NCBI GenBank assembly: GCA_001179505.1
Contig: CDMY01000259.1
Location: 82,090-146,089 of the forward strand
Length of the DNA: 64,000 nucleotides
Origin: Vitrella brassicaformis CCMP3155
Taxonomy: Eukaryota > Protista > Chromerida
Direction: 5' to 3'
The notes beneath the pieces were generated by a model. That model was not told where the DNA came from, made no database searches, and saw only the letters and a list, made by a program, of their open reading frames with translations. Below, in pieces: positions 59,691 to 64,000 of this stretch. Numbering within the stretch: the first letter of the stretch is position 1; every line of letters begins with the position of its first letter. The translations under genes and the position numbers were made by a program.

Positions 59691-62600
59691 GCAGAGAGAG
59701 AGAGAGACGTTGAGCCTTCTGTGTTGTGTGCCCCTTCTCACTCTCTCTGTCTGTGTGGACGTACCTTTGCCATTTTCTCTGATTCTCCGAGCCACATGTT
59801 CTCGACAGATGATGCGTCGACCGACAGGAAAGTGGCCCCTCCCTCCGTCGCCACAGCCTTGGCCAACATGGTCTTGCCCGTGCCTGGCGGGCCGCTGATC
59901 CAAGACACAAAAGAGGCATCGTGTTTGGGGGTCGCTCTGTGCAGTGGTGTGTGTGTGTCTGTGTGTGTGTGTGTCTCACAAGAGCAGCACGCCCTTGACG
60001 GCTTCCTCAGCGATGCCCTCCTGGTAGAGGTGGGGGTACTTGAGCTGCAGTTGAAACAACACCCACGCCACATCGCACCAGTTGATTCACATCGGATAAC
60101 CATAACCACAACCAGCCAGCCTCTAGCTAGAGTCATATGAATGTAGGTAGACGCACCGGGTAAGTGATGCATTCCCTCAAGAGCTCCTTGACCTCCTCCA
60201 GCCCCCCGATCTGGTCGTACGTCACGTGAATGTCTTGCGGAGACACCACGTTGGCCACCAAAGACTGCGCAGCACACGGAACGGGCACACGAAGACAGCC
60301 AGCAATGGTCATCGATCTGATCCGCCTCTTCGTGTCTGTGCTTCTCGTGTGCGTGGCGGTCCGTGCGCACTTTTTCGTGCTTGTTGCTGGCGAGGCTGGC
60401 AACCTCCTCACGACTGCGCACCACAGGCTCGCCCGGACGAGGAACCACACCCTGAGAGCAACAAGCACCACATCGATACGTATACGATCGGTGTGTGGTG
60501 GGGGGGCAGTTCGATGTAATAAATACCTCTTCCATCAGGGCCGACTCGAGGCTTCTGGGGCTGACGTCACGCAGCCGCGCCATCATCTGGGAAGAGGAGG
60601 AGGATGGAGACGCTGACGTGTCGCCAGGCCCATGTCTTATTGGCTGTGGCTGTGTCACCGCGGCCCCCATCCGCTTGAAGGGCGAACCCCCGCCCTCGCC
60701 CTCAGATGAGAACCCTATGGCGCTGTCGAAGACGCCTCCGGCCTGCTTGCTGACCTGTGGGGGATACACACACATGGGTGATGATAAGTGTGGGGTTTGG
60801 TGGCCGACTGACCTCTGTCTTGAGGGCTGCTGACAGGATTGCCTTTGTTTGGTCTGAGTCGAGCAGTGACTTGGAGAGCAGCGGCCGGAGGGACTCTAGG
60901 TTGGGGCAGGTGAGACCGTTTAGCTCCATTGTCGCCTGGTGGGCCGACACACACACACACACACACACACAGAGGAGAGATCATATGCAGACGTACCGGT
61001 AGAACAACTGTCTGTGTGTGAAGGTTGGTGACCTGACCTTGAGCAGCAGCTCGTTGCACCGCCAGATGTGCATTCCGCGGTCGGCTTCCACCCATCTGCA
61101 TGGATGACATGCAGCCACAGGCAGAACGGGTCCGAGTACACTGACTGCCTTTGAGAGCACACACACATATGGCCATGCGCACCTGTTCCACCTCTCCTTC
61201 ATGACGGCATCGCGCGGCGGGCGGATGTCGACATTGTCGAGCTTGTCCAGCAAGACCTTGGCCTCTGCGCTGTTGACCAGCTTCTGCTCCTCGTCCTCGA
61301 CGACTTCCCTGTCCACACACACACACACACATCCATCCATCCATCCACACACAGAAATAACCGCCTCTCCCTCTCCCTCTGGCTCTCTCTTCCAGTCCCC
61401 CCTGCCCCTTCCGTCTCTCACTTTTCCTCTGTCTGAGTGTCTTCTTCGGTCCTCTGCGGCCATGGCGGCTGCATGCCGCCGAAGGGGAAGCCTCCCTGCT
61501 GTCGGTGGTGCACGGGCAGCACCTGGATGGAGATGTGCTTGATGGCGGGGTCCTGCCGCAGCTGGTCCCGCAGGAACTTTTCCACCTGCTGAGGGTCCTT
61601 GCCGATGAGGCCGCCGAGGAACTGGCCGAGGAACTCAATGCAGCCGGGAGGCACGTTCTGGGGGATGGATGGCATGGGGGTGTGGCCCGCTCCCTCCTCG
61701 TCGGATGTGTGCTGCTCGTCGTCGATCCCTGGAGTGGGGGCTCCCTGCTCCTGCATCTTGGCTTCCATGAAGTCGCGCATCATCTGTTGGATCGCCTGGC
61801 CGATCCACACACAACACATGACGGAAACACGAATCGGCCACAGACATCGTCCCTCACACACATATAAGCGTACCTGTGGCGGCGGCAGTGATGGGTCCCA
61901 CGACCCTCCAAGCGACACCGAGAATCGAGGCGACGGCGAGTCCTCCCTCTTGCCCTTACCATCCCTATCCCTCCTCGACTCCTTCCCCTGCTGCCGCTGC
62001 TGCTGCTGCTGTGGTTGTTGCTGCTGGTCACCAAACCGATGCGGCATACCGAACAGCCCACCAAGTCCGCCACCCGGATAAGCGCCCTGCTCAGGGATAA
62101 TCCGGCTGAAGTAGACATTGACGCGTCGCTGGCCCTGCCCCGGCGCCAGCTGAGCTGACAGATCGCTGGCGAGCAGCCCGGAAGTGCTCGAGGGAGGGGG
62201 GGAAGAGGCCGATGATGCCGGTGAGGGGTCAGCCGCCTCTGCGCCAGCTGCGCCGGCGGGTGGGTGGAGGGCGGGGTCGTCAGCCCCGATGAGGACGAAA
62301 AACACCCGGGAAAGCCGGTTGGTGAGCTCGTTGACCAGCAGCTTGCATGACTCGGCTGACCTCAGTACCGACCGGCCGCGATCACGCAGCACCACCAGAA
62401 ACGGGGGGTCTGACAAATACGCAATCCCATCTGTATGTGTGTGTTTTGGGGAGGGAGAAGGCGCACTTACGGACCTCGGCTTGGTGCTTTCGTCTCTTCT
62501 AGTAGAGCGTTGATGGCCTGGTAAGTGGTGATGGTCTCGCGGTTGATCTTGAGGCTGGCCGCGGCCTCGTCGATGACCGATCGGATGGACTTGTCGTCAA

Positions 62601-63790
62601 CCAACACAATCCGCGAACCTGACACGACACACATCGACACGCATGACAGGTACGTCCGAGGCCTGCATGGCATGGATTGCGTGTGCTGGTTTCTGACCGA
62701 CAGACCTGTGGAGTGCCCGAGGGCTACGGCTAAGACATCCAGCATGGAGTGCGTTGCTCCAGAAGAGGACAACCGGACACCGCCACTCAATCTGCACAGT
62801 ATGTGAACGACAGACACCAGCACCATAAAGAGACCGCTGGCCGCTGCCATGCCCTTCTCTCTCTCACACACACCCACCCAGGCAGATGGTAGAGGTCGGC
62901 AGTGACTTCGGGCGTGTGGCTGAGCTTCACCCCGCCCCACAGCTGCTGTAACGTGCCCCGCTCGATGAGTGTCTTCTGGCCCAGCAGGCCATTCCGGTGA
63001 TGGAACTCGAAGAAGAACCGCCGCAGCAGGGAGGACGAGAAACCCACGGTGTTTGATGACGGTGACGGTGATGGTGCTAGTGGCGATGAGCTGGCGTCTT
63101 CCTGGAAAGGCGTCATGTCCGCATTCACCAAGGAATCTACTCACAAGCCAGACACCGGGACAATGCATGAAGGTCTGTCTGTAGATCTCACTCCCCTCTC
63201 TCTGTGTGTGTAGGCCAGGCCCAGCCCACCTCACCGGATTCGAACTGCAGCTGGCCGATGTCGAGTGCGCTGGCGCCCAGAGCAGTCAGCTTGTCACGGG
63301 GCAGCGGACTCGACACACGTTTCCTCCACCCTTCCCGCAACTTCTGGAGCACCTTCTGATGCACCTTGGCGTAGTTACTCGGCCCCTCCTCGCCGTCAGG
63401 CTTGTCTGCATCGTCATCTCCACCTCCCCCTCCCTCACTTCGACTCTGGCCTGGGCTAACAGCTTCGGTGGGTACTGGCTGTGGCGATGGGTCCGCATTG
63501 ACCACGCCGAAACGCCTGGCGATGTTCCATCGCGATGGCGCCGTGCTGTCAGTGGCGTTGTCAGCGGCCTTGCCTTGGTCGCTGCCGCCTCTCAGTCGGG
63601 CCAGATCAGGCAGCAGGACGGCAGCATGCTGTGTCGCCCTGGTCCGTCTTCGGAACGATGGGCGGGGGACGGGCTCGTGTGGGCGGCTGGACAGTGCGGG
63701 GAGGCCGGGCGATGACTCTGATGAGATGGAGATGGATGCGCCGTTTGCGAGCAGGACGGACGCCGTGGCTGGCAGAGATAACAGCTTCAT
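58233..63790 (-). CDS. AAA+ ATPase of the Msp1/ATAD1-spastin group with long N-terminal region (plant-type C-terminus)
   Basis: [40 protein letters not shown]|[36 protein letters not shown]|GSDIKEVC, C-terminal [10 protein letters not shown]; start at ATG 63790 (MKLLSLPAT...). Confidence 0.93.
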
Positions 63791-63868
63791 TTGACAGATG
63801 GCTGACGACGATGAACCAGGCTGTGGATCTGCTCGACGGAGGGCAATGAAACGCACAAGGGGGAAAGG
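63522..63868 (-). repeat. Leader/5'UTR segment duplicated at 45614-45947
   Basis: Encodes [23 protein letters not shown]...[19 protein letters not shown] plus ~80 nt upstream. Confidence 0.95.
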
Positions 63869-64000
63869 TTGGTTGGTTAAGGGTTTGACGAGACACCTGT
63901 CCCTAAGCCCGGCGCTACCTTCCGGCGCAACCAGGCATCTTCTCTGTCCACAGCACACACCAAACAGGCAACAGGCACATGCAGAATGCATGCACAAGGC

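Noticed and set aside
467-63997. Many track ORFs rich in CVCVCV, THTHTH, MDGW or PSIH
   Set aside because: Translations of intronic microsatellites, not proteins.
1-64000. tRNA, rRNA, transposase, reverse transcriptase or viral genes
   Set aside because: No supporting motifs seen on either strand.

Overview
This is intron-rich, GC-rich eukaryotic nuclear DNA with short GT-AG introns full of (TG)n, (CA)n, (TCTG)n and (GGAT)n microsatellites. Style and gene content suggest a chromerid alga such as Vitrella (inference, not verified). The left ~19 kb holds lineage-specific, partly degenerate or locally duplicated genes and a 300-N gap. The right ~45 kb is a compact run of recognisable genes: TPK-type two-pore K+ channel, NMP-kinase-like pseudoenzyme, long-form tRNase Z, USP39/Sad1, RbfA-domain protein, a Ser/Thr kinase with an in-frame TAA, a heptatricopeptide-like repeat protein, BTB-TLDc protein, thiol/halide methyltransferase, intronless AP-2 sigma, PurC-PurE (PAICS-like) fusion, FGAM synthase, a TMBIM protein and an Msp1/spastin-like AAA ATPase. 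Main leads: (1) a head-to-head PAICS-like/PFAS purine gene pair; (2) a PurC-PurE fusion that appears to be built from a non-animal PurC; (3) an N-terminal leader ending in ubiquitin-like RLRGG shared by two unrelated genes; (4) introns bracketed by complementary microsatellites; (5) a recurrent AGCTCGCA/GATC motif in divergent promoters. Gene models were spliced by eye, so internal exon edges and some termini are approximate.
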